From NCBI GenBank assembly GCA_046292385.1, contig JBKBRF010000012.1, positions 64,001 to 128,000 on the forward strand: a stretch of 64,000 bases of DNA, in the 5' to 3' direction. The DNA comes from Armatimonadota bacterium (GTDB lineage Bacteria > Armatimonadota > SYMT01). How positions within the stretch are numbered: the stretch's first letter is position 1; the number at the start of each line of letters is the position of its first letter. This document shows, in pieces, positions 1 to 8,707 of this stretch. The position numbers were made by a program, and so were the translations under genes. The notes under the pieces were generated by a model. The model searched no databases. It saw only the letters and a program-made list of their open reading frames with translations, and was not told the DNA's origin.

Positions 1-102
1 GACACGCACACGGTACTGCCGGCGACGGCGGCCGTCACAGCGCGGAGCGTTAAAGACCAGCTCCCAGCGTCCTCGGCCCAGATCACGCAGGTGCCCCCTC
101 AT
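1..102 (-). CDS. int: Phage tyrosine integrase, N-terminal arm-binding region (partial, runs off the window)
   Basis: Not in the ORF track. Manual translation gives MRGHLRDLGRGRWELVFNAPRCDGRRRRQYRVRV, resembling integrase arm-binding N-termini. The ATG overlaps the upstream stop (ATGA). Confidence 0.7.
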   Translation of the reverse strand, partial: MRGHLRDLGRGRWELVFNAPRCDGRRRRQYRVRV

Positions 103-356
103 TGCGACCCGTCCTCGCGTCGGCGGATTATGCCACGTGGCATAACTCCACCCTCTGCTGACCAGATCGGCCGGAAGTGCTGCGCGCCGCGGTAGCGGCG
201 GACCGTGGTCTCGATCGCGCTCACCAGCCACTCCGCATCCTCTTCGCTCAGCCCCTCGACCCCGGCCATGTCCGGGCAGTCGCGCAGCGGCCGCATCCGG
301 ATCCGCAGCTCGAGCCACCGCCGGCGGAAGAGATCCGCACCAGATTGTTCCGGCAT
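99..356 (-). CDS. Hypothetical protein
   Basis: Tightly coupled between the ImmA-like gene and the integrase start; contains palindrome copy 1. Confidence 0.6.
   Translation of the reverse strand: MPEQSGADLFRRRWLELRIRMRPLRDCPDMAGVEGLSEEDAEWLVSAIETTVRRYRGAQHFRPIWSAEGGVMPRGIIRRREDGSQ
128..145. repeat. 18-bp palindrome TTATGCCACGTGGCATAA, copy 1
   Basis: Exact match, about 25 bp upstream of the integrase start. Confidence 0.97.
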
Positions 357-359
357 GGC

Positions 360-1187
360 TCACCTCCGCGCCCCGTAGACGGTGCTGCCGAGCCACTGCC
401 CGGCAGCCACCTGCGCCTGTTCCGCGGCCGCCGCGAGGTCGACCTCGACTCGCTGCAGGCCCGAGCACTGGAAGGGACGATGGCGGAGGTCGAACTCCTC
501 CACGGTGAGCGCCATCAGATCCCGGGCGAGTTGATGGGCGACCTGCTCGGCGTTCCGGCGGGTGACCGGAAAGTGGTAGAGGGGCTGGACGCTGCCGCGG
601 CTGGCGACGTAGACCAGCGGATCCTGGCCGGCCTGGTCGCACATCACGTGTCGGTGATGGTAGGCGCTCCACCGCGGCGCCGCGCTCAGATAGACCGGAG
701 CGTAATGGGCGACGGAGCGGACCCGCTTGTCGACAAACTCCACCTCGCACCCAGAGAGCTCGGCTAGGTCCCGCACGTGGCCCCGATAGGCGCGGACCAC
801 CCAGGAAGGCAGGAACCAGGCGCCGACGAATTCCGCCGCGCGCGCCTCGTCGATCATCCGCCACCGCTCCGCCAGGCGGAGCAGCTTCGGGTCGCCGTCC
901 GCTTCCTGGCGGAGGAGCTCTCCGATCCCGAGGCTCAGGAACAGGTGCCCCAGCTCGTGCAGGAGTGCGACACTCCAGCGCTCACCGTGCAGCCGCTCCG
1001 GCAGCGTGATTACCGCCGGCTTGTCCTTCCGGTGCACGATCCGGGGGCACTCGATCGGCTCGTGCCGAATCAGCACCGCCTGCCCCAACCACTCCACCAG
1101 CCGATCCAGGTCGTGATCCGTCGGCACGCCAGGGATCTGTAACGCCAGCCGAACTGCCTCCGCCCTTTCCTCCACCCAGTGAATCAT
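360..1187 (-). CDS. ImmA/IrrE-family zinc metallopeptidase (anti-repressor candidate)
   Basis: LLHELGH (HExxH) motif, downstream E-A-F helix, position between repressor and integrase. Confidence 0.8.
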   Translation of the reverse strand: MIHWVEERAEAVRLALQIPGVPTDHDLDRLVEWLGQAVLIRHEPIECPRIVHRKDKPAVITLPERLHGERWSVALLHELGHLFLSLGIGELLRQEADGDPKLLRLAERWRMIDEARAAEFVGAWFLPSWVVRAYRGHVRDLAELSGCEVEFVDKRVRSVAHYAPVYLSAAPRWSAYHHRHVMCDQAGQDPLVYVASRGSVQPLYHFPVTRRNAEQVAHQLARDLMALTVEEFDLRHRPFQCSGLQRVEVDLAAAAEQAQVAAGQWLGSTVYGARR

Positions 1188-1329
1188 CCGTATGTTCCCT
1201 CTCCATCGTATTCAAACTACTGTTTGCGTATACCATGGGCCGGCGAGGCCGTCCGTAGACGACGGGTGTACGAATGTGCCAATCGGGCTGAACGGTCGCG
1301 GAGCGACTGCGGAGAGGGTGGGGTGCAGT

Positions 1330-2217
1330 CTAGCGGACGGTGTAGGCGAAGTGCGAGAAGACGCCGTTCCCGCCCCCGAAACCGCCCCCACCACCAGCGG
1401 TGCGAAACGTGAGCCGATTCGGAGGGAGTAGAGTCAGGCTCTCGATGTGGCTGATGTCTTTGCCATCCGACGTTTTGCTGCCGGGCGGAAGCACGTGGAA
1501 GACCCGCGAGCCATTCCAGCCGTACACCGCATCGGCAGTGTGCCAGTAGGCATAACCGTTGTCCGCCAGGACCACTCCAGCGATGGAGTTGATGGTGTCG
1601 CCGAGGATCGGGATGGGCTCGCCGGTGCGGACTACCAGCTTGGTAGTCCGATCATTCGCAACGAACAGTGAGGTGCAGTCGGCCGTGCCGTTGAGGTCGA
1701 GATCGACCCGCGTCACGAAGGCCAGGTCACCGCGGCGGTTTCCCACCATCACGGAGGAAGCCCCGTTGTAGTACTGACCGCCGCCAGGCGCCGGAGTAAG
1801 CGCGCGAGCGAATTCGGAGAGGGTGCCGCCCATGCCGGGTCCAGGAGCGAGGCCGGACTCACCCTCGGGGCCTCTCGGCCCGGTGGGACCCTGCGGGCCT
1901 GCGGGGCCACGCTCGCCGACGGGACCTGCCGGACCGGTGGTGCCGGCTGGTCCTACGGGACCCTCGGGGCCGGCGGGACCGCGGAGTTCGGTGCGGATGC
2001 TGGACGCGAGATCGTCTGCGTGGATGCTGCCGTCCTGCACGTGCTGGGAGGTGACCCCGTTCGCGGCGAGGCTGATCTTGGCCTTCGGTCCGGAGCCGCC
2101 GCCCGAGAGACCGGCGCCGGCGATCACCTGCATCAGCGGTTTCCGACCTGGGCCGGCCACCGCAACCCCGCTGGCGACAAACAGCCCCGCCAGGAACCCC
2201 ACCGCTACCTTCCGCAT
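1330..2217 (-). CDS. Secreted collagen-like repeat protein
   Basis: N-terminal signal peptide, about 14 G-X-Y triplets (GPAGPEGPVGPAG...), beta-rich C-terminus with NRRGDLAF. Confidence 0.8.
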   Translation of the reverse strand: MRKVAVGFLAGLFVASGVAVAGPGRKPLMQVIAGAGLSGGGSGPKAKISLAANGVTSQHVQDGSIHADDLASSIRTELRGPAGPEGPVGPAGTTGPAGPVGERGPAGPQGPTGPRGPEGESGLAPGPGMGGTLSEFARALTPAPGGGQYYNGASSVMVGNRRGDLAFVTRVDLDLNGTADCTSLFVANDRTTKLVVRTGEPIPILGDTINSIAGVVLADNGYAYWHTADAVYGWNGSRVFHVLPPGSKTSDGKDISHIESLTLLPPNRLTFRTAGGGGGFGGGNGVFSHFAYTVR

Positions 2218-2234
2218 GGCCGCGTCCTCCCTTG

Positions 2235-2621
2235 TTAGAGCAGACCCTCCGCGGCCTGTCGCCGCAAAACGCCGAGCTCCTGCTCTGCCTTCTCCGGAGT
2301 GAGATTCTGCAGGGTTTCCTCGTCCCAGTTGATCGGGATCGGCCGGTTGAGCTCCTTCCGCAGCTCAACCACGCCCGCCAGCAGGATCTCCGCCCCGGAG
2401 CGAACGACAGGGTAGCCCCACAGTTCTCGCCACTCGTTGACGTCCAGCCCCAGGCCGCGCGCGAATCGCTCCACCACATCCAGCTCGACCTCGTGCCCGT
2501 TCCAGAGCTTCTCGATCGCGGGGCGGCTGATCTCCAGGCGCATATGGGCCGCGTGGCGGGTGAGGTTGCGCGCCTCTAGCGCGGCCTGCACCCGGGCGGC
2601 TCGTTGTTCTCGCAGCGACAT
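2235..2621 (-). CDS. XRE-like HTH prophage repressor candidate
   Basis: HTH-like N-terminus; divergent from the early operon across an AT-richer region with paired operators. Confidence 0.7.
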   Translation of the reverse strand: MSLREQRAARVQAALEARNLTRHAAHMRLEISRPAIEKLWNGHEVELDVVERFARGLGLDVNEWRELWGYPVVRSGAEILLAGVVELRKELNRPIPINWDEETLQNLTPEKAEQELGVLRRQAAEGLL

Positions 2622-2678
2622 CACGGGATGTTGTAACGCACCTTCTAAAGCAACCGTTACGGCGCTTGACTAAACAGG

Positions 2679-2738
2679 TGTTGTCATCGCAGAGACAACA
2701 TGGTAGAACTCGTCTGTAGTTGTCTTCGCGATGACAAC
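2679..2738. promoter_or_regulatory. Two operator-like inverted repeats, GTTGTC-N8-GACAAC (2679-2700 and 2719-2738)
   Basis: TGTTGTCATCGCAGAGACAACA and GTTGTCTTCGCGATGACAAC in the divergent switch region; they are near-inverted copies of each other. Confidence 0.8.
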
Positions 2739-2749
2739 ACGAGGGCAAG

Positions 2750-3016
2750 ATGCCAGTTGAACTGACCCCAGAGGAGATGGCGTTCGCAGACCGGGTGGAC
2801 CGCTACTGTCGCGAACGCAGGACCCAGCCGGAGATGGCGGCGCTCGAACGCCTCAGCCTCGGCGGATTCCGCGCGAGGCTGCAGCGCTGTGGGCTTGAGG
2901 TAGTGAGCACCACCGAACGCCGCCTGGTCCGGCTCCGGAGCGGTGAGCCTTTCATGGAAGCCCGGGAACGTGGCGAGTTCGTCACCGCTCCGGCCGAACC
3001 CGCGGAGGTGGCCTAA
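2750..3016 (+). CDS. Small protein in the Cro position
   Basis: First gene of the rightward early operon, GAGGG RBS. Confidence 0.6.
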   Translation: MPVELTPEEMAFADRVDRYCRERRTQPEMAALERLSLGGFRARLQRCGLEVVSTTERRLVRLRSGEPFMEARERGEFVTAPAEPAEVA

Positions 3017-3282
3017 TGGGCAACACCATCCGCATCACCCCGTGTACTCGGCGCGCGATCGCCCCTCCCCCTCCCCTTTCCGACCCTCTCGCAGACCTTC
3101 CGGCCGTGCTGAAGGTCAAGGAGGCGGCCGAGCTGGTGCGGATGTCCGAGCGCGCGCTGTACGAGGCAATCCGCCGCGGCGAATTCCCGGGCCAGAAGGT
3201 TCGCGGCGCCTGGCGCGTACCAAAGCAGTTGCTCGCACAGTGGCTCTCCGGCGAGTGGCAGTCGGAACGGAAGGCGGCCTGA
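3016..3282 (+). CDS. Excisionase-like HTH DNA-binding protein
   Basis: LKVKEAAELVRMSERALYEAIRRGEFPGQKVRGAWRVP matches the Xis/HTH_17 pattern. Confidence 0.85.
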   Translation: MGNTIRITPCTRRAIAPPPPLSDPLADLPAVLKVKEAAELVRMSERALYEAIRRGEFPGQKVRGAWRVPKQLLAQWLSGEWQSERKAA

Positions 3283-3284
3283 AG

Positions 3285-3413
3285 ATGCCTGACGTCGGTC
3301 AGATCCTAGTCGTCCTGGCGCCGTTGGTGAGCGCGCTCTGGGATCTCTACCAGCAGCGCCGGCCACCCGTGAGTCGGCCGCGCCGGTACCGGCGGAGGTC
3401 GCGCAGATCGTAG
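3285..3413 (+). CDS. Small hydrophobic peptide with a basic tail (42 aa)
   Basis: ATG 2 nt after the upstream stop; MPDVGQILVVLAPLVSALWDLYQQRRPP...RRRSRRS. Confidence 0.45.
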   Translation: MPDVGQILVVLAPLVSALWDLYQQRRPPVSRPRRYRRRSRRS

Positions 3414-3591
3414 GCGCCCGCCGGCAGCCGGGGAGGTGATCTGCGCCACGGCCGAAGGGCCGGACAGCGGGCCACCCATCCTGAGATGCCACGAGGCGGG
3501 CAAAGTGTGCAGCCGAGCAAGCGGGCTGCAAAAAGGGAAGCCCTCACGCGGCGGCTACCACGTGAGGGCCTGATGAAAGGTCGGTGCTTTC

Positions 3592-4077
3592 GTGAGAATG
3601 ATACCCCCACGACGATCCAGGTGGCAAGCAGGCCGGCCGCTAAAGCAGGGCCGGTACGACTTCCTCGGCACGTACTACCACGACTTCGAGAAGGCGCGAG
3701 CCCGCGCGCAGGCTTACGCGGACCAGACCTTCGCCTCAGCGTCGATCTTCGACCGCATGGAGCGTCGCTGGATCTACGTCTACCCCGCGGAGTACCGCTG
3801 CCACCGGTGCAGCCACATCCTGAAGGTCCCGCCGGAGACGATCCTCTCGACCGTTCATTGCTGCGAGCACTGTGCTCCCGAGGCCTGGGACGCGGCGGTT
3901 CGCCAAGCGCTGGAGAAGCTCACTGCCGCCGCTCCGGACAGCGCACTGCTGCTCCCGTTCCTGATCAAGGTCGGGGACACCACCGAACAGATCGACTCGT
4001 ACCTCGTGGCCGCCTACCTCGGCGCACGGCTGGTAGGGCGGGATCGCTGGACGCTCGGGGAGGCCGGCCGTGTGTAG
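3592..4077 (+). CDS. Hypothetical protein with CxxC pairs
   Basis: GC3-biased codons, CHRC and CCEHC. Confidence 0.6.
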   Translation: MRMIPPRRSRWQAGRPLKQGRYDFLGTYYHDFEKARARAQAYADQTFASASIFDRMERRWIYVYPAEYRCHRCSHILKVPPETILSTVHCCEHCAPEAWDAAVRQALEKLTAAAPDSALLLPFLIKVGDTTEQIDSYLVAAYLGARLVGRDRWTLGEAGRV

Positions 4078-4309
4078 CCACCACGCCTCCCGCATCTGCT
4101 GTGCCAACGACCGCTGCCGGCGCCCCATGCCGGAGTGGGTGGCCAAGCTCACTCGGCGCCACTTCGGCCGGCCGCTGTGCCCGTTCTGCACGCCGACTCC
4201 GATGCCCCGTCGCCGGATCCCGCGCGGCATCGTGATCAACGTCTCGCACCTGGTCTCCGGCCCCCGGCCGGTGCCGGTGCTCCTGCGCGAGGAGGTGACC
4301 CGTGGCTAA
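4070..4309 (+). CDS. Small Cys-rich hypothetical protein
   Basis: Overlapping start/stop coupling with both neighbours. Confidence 0.5.
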   Translation: MCSHHASRICCANDRCRRPMPEWVAKLTRRHFGRPLCPFCTPTPMPRRRIPRGIVINVSHLVSGPRPVPVLLREEVTRG

Positions 4310-4826
4310 GACCCTGCGGCCCGAACTCGGTGCGCGGGCTCGGGCGATCGTCCAGCATCGCGGCTTGAGTGTCCGGGCGGCGGCCGCCCGGTGCGGAATC
4401 TGCCGCCTCAGCCTGGCCGATATGCTGGACGGCGTCCCGCTACGGCTGGAACTGATCGAGGCATTCGCTCGCGCCTTCGATGAGGACGTCAACGAGTGGC
4501 GTGAACTCGCTGGCTATCCGCCAATACTGCCGACCGCCGACCCAGCGTCAGAAGCCCGCCGTGATGACGACCCCGAGCGGGACGAGCTTCGGAACGCTGC
4601 CTTCGTCGTCGCCTCCGAAGTCCTTCGCGCCCGCCGCAAGCATCGGCGACTCGCCAGCGCCCATGAAGGCTTTGGGGTCCTGGCGGAAGAGGTTGCGGAG
4701 TTGCTCGACGCGCTTCGCTCCGATGACGCGGAAGCGATCTCGAAGGAGTCCGTGCAGGTTGCGGCGGTCGCCCTACGGATGGCAACGCGGGAATGGCTCC
4801 CGGCTCAGGAGGTGACCCGTGGCTAA
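4302..4826 (+). CDS. HTH domain fused to a MazG-like all-helical domain
   Basis: N-half shares FAR..DVNEWREL.GYP with the repressor; C-half SAHEGFGVLAEEVAELLDA...KESVQVAAVALR has the MazG-like EExxE pattern. Confidence 0.7.
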   Translation: MAKTLRPELGARARAIVQHRGLSVRAAAARCGICRLSLADMLDGVPLRLELIEAFARAFDEDVNEWRELAGYPPILPTADPASEARRDDDPERDELRNAAFVVASEVLRARRKHRRLASAHEGFGVLAEEVAELLDALRSDDAEAISKESVQVAAVALRMATREWLPAQEVTRG

Positions 4827-5232
4827 CACCGCTGTCTGTTGCTGGGAAGACGGGAAGCTGTCGAGCTACTACACCGACAACATCCCGGCCCGGCTCATCG
4901 AGTCGCTGGAGGCGTACATCACCGAGCGGCGCCCAACCGGGAGCTTCCTGCGGGCCGTGCTCCACAACGACCTGCGGGAGAGCGTAGGGCGGGCCGACCC
5001 CCAATCCCTGGCCGCGTTGCCCCACCTCGTGTCGCTGCTCTACACGCAGGCGCCGGCCCCCTGCTGGGGCTCTCCGGAGGCGGTCGAAGCTTGGCTCGCA
5101 GGCGGTGAGGAGGTCTCCACGCTCCACGAGACCTCGGCCGCGTGGGAGCAGGTCCAGGACCTGCTGACCGAGTGCGCCGGCGAGATCACCCCCGAGAGCG
5201 AAGAGGTGGGCTACCACCAGAGGATCCGCTAA
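4819..5232 (+). CDS. Phage hypothetical protein
   Basis: AGGAGG RBS, coupled start, GSFLRAVLHNDL motif. Confidence 0.65.
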   Translation: MANTAVCCWEDGKLSSYYTDNIPARLIESLEAYITERRPTGSFLRAVLHNDLRESVGRADPQSLAALPHLVSLLYTQAPAPCWGSPEAVEAWLAGGEEVSTLHETSAAWEQVQDLLTECAGEITPESEEVGYHQRIR

Positions 5233-5429
5233 TGCGCTGGATGCTGCAGTACAAGCGCCCCGGCTGGCGCGCGTGGGTGGAGATCCCGATCGAGCCGCAG
5301 ACCGAGACGGCGGCCTGGCTCGCGTTCGATGCCGCCAAGGACAACGAGGACGTGTCGGAAGCGCGCCTCCTCTGCGACGGCCAGGTGCTCGACCACCACC
5401 AGAAGGAGGCCGCCGATGTCGCCGCGTGA
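5232..5429 (+). CDS. Hypothetical protein
   Basis: TAATG coupling. Confidence 0.55.
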   Translation: MRWMLQYKRPGWRAWVEIPIEPQTETAAWLAFDAAKDNEDVSEARLLCDGQVLDHHQKEAADVAA

Positions 5430-5778
5430 CGACCGCCGTCAGCCCCGCCGCGGGAGGCCCACCTACCAGACCGCGGCGAAGATGGTCGACGCCGCCTTCG
5501 GGCCGGAACAGCAGGAGCCCTCGGGTCCGGACCTGCCCCGCGAGCGCGCGGAGATCCCGGGCGCGCAGCTCGCCGCCCTGCAGGGCCGCTGGGAGGAGCT
5601 GAACCAGGCGTCCCGCCAGATCTCCGCCGACGCCGCCCGCCTCCAGCGGGAGCACCAGCGGCTCCGCGGGGAGTGGCGGAAGGTCGCGACGTGGCGCTTC
5701 GGGCTCTGGCTCTGGACCGCCGCGGTGGCGTTCAGCGGCTCTCTGATCCTCTGGACGCTCTGGAGGTACCAGCCGTGA
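5416..5778 (+). CDS. Coiled-coil protein with a C-terminal TM helix
   Basis: AGGAGG RBS; hydrophobic C-terminus. Confidence 0.55.
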   Translation: MSPRDDRRQPRRGRPTYQTAAKMVDAAFGPEQQEPSGPDLPRERAEIPGAQLAALQGRWEELNQASRQISADAARLQREHQRLRGEWRKVATWRFGLWLWTAAVAFSGSLILWTLWRYQP

Positions 5779-7103
5779 CCCGCGGGCTCGCCTCCCCCGT
5801 CCGCCTCGCGTACAAGTGCGGGCACCAGGTCGTGCAGACGATGCATGGCTGTCTGGATGCCCTGCGCCTCCGCCAGGCGCTCGGGCTGGACGGAGAGTGC
5901 CCCGCCTGCCAATCCCTATCCCCCGCGGATAGGGCGCTGATCGCGGCTCACCGGCGCCGGATGGTGCCGTACGACCGCGCTGTCCTCGCCGGGGATGGGG
6001 AGCTCCCGCCCCGGCCGGAGATCGATGAGATGACCCAGCACGCTCTCGCGCGGCAAGAGGCTGCGCTCGCTCAACAGTCCCAGCAAGCGCCCACCCGGGC
6101 CGTGGCGCCGGTGGAGTTCACGGAAGAGCAGCTCCGCGTGATTACCGAAACGGTCGCCAAAGACTGCAGCCCGTTGGAGCTGCAGCTCTTCCTGCACACC
6201 GCCAAGCGCACCGGCCTCGACCCGCTCTTGAAGCAGATCTACGCCCTCAAACTCGACGGGCGGCTCACCATCCACACCGGGATCGATGGCGTCCGTCTGA
6301 TCGCGGAGCGGACCGGCCGGTACCGCGGCGTCTCGGCGCCGGAGTGGTGCGGCGAGGACGGCGTCTGGAAGGACATCTGGCTCAGCGAGACTCCGCCGGC
6401 TGCGGCGCGGGTCTACGTCTACCGCAGCGACTGCGCCCAGGGCATCCCGGGGGTGGTGATGTGGCGGGAGTTCGTCCGCAAGACCAAGGACGGCCACGTG
6501 ATGAAGATGTGGCGGGAGAAGCCCGCCCACATGCTCTCCAAGTGCGCAGAGATGAACGCCTTCAAGAAGGCGTTCCCCGCGGAGACCCAGGACCTGGCGA
6601 TCGACGTGGAAGAGCCGGCACCGCGGGAGGTCTACGTCCGCGAGGAGCGGGAGAGCGCTGGCGATCGGCGCGCCCTGGCCGCCACCCAGGCCGGGGAGAC
6701 GCAGGCCAACTACGGCGCCGCCACCGGCGCCCGCGGGAGCCAGTGCCCGGAATGCCACGCCCCCGCCGACCGGCCGCACACCCGCACCTGCAGCCGCCGC
6801 GAGGGAGGCGAGTTGGAGCTGAAGCCTCCTGGCCCCGGCCGGCCCGCATCCGAAGAGCGCCGGGCGCAGATGCGCCGGATGTTCGCCGCGTACGCCGCCG
6901 CGGATGGCCCGGACGGTGATGACGAGCTGATGCGCCGGCACTGTAGCGCCGTGCTCTCCCGCTCGGAAGGGGTGCCGATGGAGGTGACCTCCCGTTCCAG
7001 CCTCACGACGGAGCAGCTCGCCACCTGTGCGGACTACTTCGAGCGCCACGGCCTGCCGCTGCTGGACGACGGGCCGGTCGAGGACAACCCGTTCGAGGAC
7101 TAG
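5775..7103 (+). CDS. bet: Red-beta/RecT-family single-strand annealing protein
   Basis: ELQLFLHTAKRTGLDPLLKQIY...TGIDGVRLIAERTGRY and W.EKP.HML.KCAE...KKAFP; start uncertain (5775 GTG or 6030 ATG). Confidence 0.9.
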   Translation: MTRGLASPVRLAYKCGHQVVQTMHGCLDALRLRQALGLDGECPACQSLSPADRALIAAHRRRMVPYDRAVLAGDGELPPRPEIDEMTQHALARQEAALAQQSQQAPTRAVAPVEFTEEQLRVITETVAKDCSPLELQLFLHTAKRTGLDPLLKQIYALKLDGRLTIHTGIDGVRLIAERTGRYRGVSAPEWCGEDGVWKDIWLSETPPAAARVYVYRSDCAQGIPGVVMWREFVRKTKDGHVMKMWREKPAHMLSKCAEMNAFKKAFPAETQDLAIDVEEPAPREVYVREERESAGDRRALAATQAGETQANYGAATGARGSQCPECHAPADRPHTRTCSRREGGELELKPPGPGRPASEERRAQMRRMFAAYAAADGPDGDDELMRRHCSAVLSRSEGVPMEVTSRSSLTTEQLATCADYFERHGLPLLDDGPVEDNPFED

Positions 7104-7186
7104 GCACTGAGTGCGCGAGGCCGGGTGCTCGCAACACCCGGCCTCGCTGCAGACATTGGGGCTGATCGTGGCTGGAGGCTCCCGGC

Positions 7187-8707
7187 ATGTCTGGCTTCTT
7201 GCATATTACCACCCTTTGCTTGCCGCTGGTACTGATGGCTTCACCAGAGAAAGACCTACTGGCGACTCTTGCCGCTCGCGGCATCACGGTCGTGCGCGAC
7301 CAGGGCAGGATGACCGCTCATCTGGAGTATCCGGATGAGACGGTCGGCACCATCTACCGCGAGCTCACCCTCGCGGGCGCTTCCGCTGGCCTCTCGCTCT
7401 ACTTCGTCGACAACTGGCTCGACGTGGTCAAGCCGGTCCGGGTCAGCGTCTATGCCCGGCTCCGCGGCCTGGCGCGCTTCGGGACCAACCCGAAGCCGTC
7501 CCTCGGAGACCTGGCCGCCAGCATCACCCTCAAGGAGGACGTGGTGCGGCAGCATCTGATTCACTGGTACTTCCACCCGCAGCCGGACAACCTGGAGTGG
7601 CTCTTCTTCCGGGCCGCCCTGGAGATCCAGCGCCGGCCGGGCGGGACGTACGAGTTCCAGCGCGTGCTCCTGGAGGACCTCCTCCACCCGCGGCACCTGG
7701 ATCAGTTCGATGGCATGGTCCGCGCGTTCAACGGCCAACGCGCGTTCCTCTTTACCGAGCAGTATGGACCTGGCTCGGTGGCGGCCGTGGCACAACCCCT
7801 TTCGGCCCCGCTCTCGGGCGGGATCGTGGCACACACCCTTTCGGTCACGCCGGACGGCGCGATCGTGGCCCCCCTGTCGAACCCGTCTGGATTTCAGACC
7901 CCTTACCCGTCTGAAAACCAGACTCGTCTGAAATCCAGACCCCTCGGGATTCCAGACGGGTTCGTGGCTGACCCCCCGGGGAACCCGTCTGGATTTCAGA
8001 CCCCTGGCAATCCCCCTTCCCCCCCATACCCCCCTATCCCCCGGGAGCCTGAGCCTGAGCCTGGCGGCGGCATGGCTCAGAGTACGGCTACCGAGTCCGG
8101 AGAGAGCGCTGGCAGCGAAGAGCGAGCCAGAGCCGCCGCCCTCCTGGCGGACCGGGGCTTTCCCGAACCGGACGCAGCCCGGCTGCTCGATCACCACCCG
8201 GAGGCCCCTCACTGGGCGCTGTGCTGGGGGGAGTGGATCCGGGCGAAGCGCAATCTCCGGGACCCGCTCAGCTTCCTGGCCAAGATGATCCGCGCCGCCT
8301 GCGCCGGCGATGCCGACGCTCGCCGGGAGCCGTGGGCCTACACGGCGCTCCGCGAGCGCGAAGAGCGCGAGGCGGAGCGGGTCCGCGCCCAGGTCAACCG
8401 GCAGCAGGTCGCCGCCGCCCGCCGTGAGGCGGCCGTCACGCAGCCCGCGCCGGAGATCCCCGCGGAGCTGCGGCCGCTCTGGGAGACCCTGTTGCCGGCG
8501 ATCCGGGCGAAGAGCCCGACGCTCTTCGGGCTGCTGGAGAGCGCGGCGCCGGTGCGGATCGACGCCGGCTGCCTGGTGATCCTGACCTCCGCGGCGGACC
8601 ACCTGCGGCGGAAGTGCCGCCAGGTCCGGGAGATCGCGGCGGGCGCTGGCCTGGAGCTCGACGACGTGCGCTTCGTGTCCGAGGCGCGGGAGAACGCGAA
8701 TGGCTGA
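7187..8707 (+). CDS. Putative phage replication initiator
   Basis: Position after bet; internal iteron-like repeats in a low-complexity linker, as in lambda O-type genes. Confidence 0.55.
   Translation: MSGFLHITTLCLPLVLMASPEKDLLATLAARGITVVRDQGRMTAHLEYPDETVGTIYRELTLAGASAGLSLYFVDNWLDVVKPVRVSVYARLRGLARFGTNPKPSLGDLAASITLKEDVVRQHLIHWYFHPQPDNLEWLFFRAALEIQRRPGGTYEFQRVLLEDLLHPRHLDQFDGMVRAFNGQRAFLFTEQYGPGSVAAVAQPLSAPLSGGIVAHTLSVTPDGAIVAPLSNPSGFQTPYPSENQTRLKSRPLGIPDGFVADPPGNPSGFQTPGNPPSPPYPPIPREPEPEPGGGMAQSTATESGESAGSEERARAAALLADRGFPEPDAARLLDHHPEAPHWALCWGEWIRAKRNLRDPLSFLAKMIRAACAGDADARREPWAYTALREREEREAERVRAQVNRQQVAAARREAAVTQPAPEIPAELRPLWETLLPAIRAKSPTLFGLLESAAPVRIDAGCLVILTSAADHLRRKCRQVREIAAGAGLELDDVRFVSEARENANG
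7787..8001. repeat. Iteron-like cluster (candidate replication origin)
   Basis: GTCTG-N5-CAGAC at 7885, 7909, 7926, 7987 and a degenerate copy at 7943; GTGGC-led repeats at 7787, 7826, 7865 with a 39-bp period. Confidence 0.75.

Noticed and set aside
5110..5210. Remnant of a Gp157-like gene (TLHETSAAW...GEITPE)
   Set aside because: The resemblance covers only about 30 aa and cannot be supported without a search
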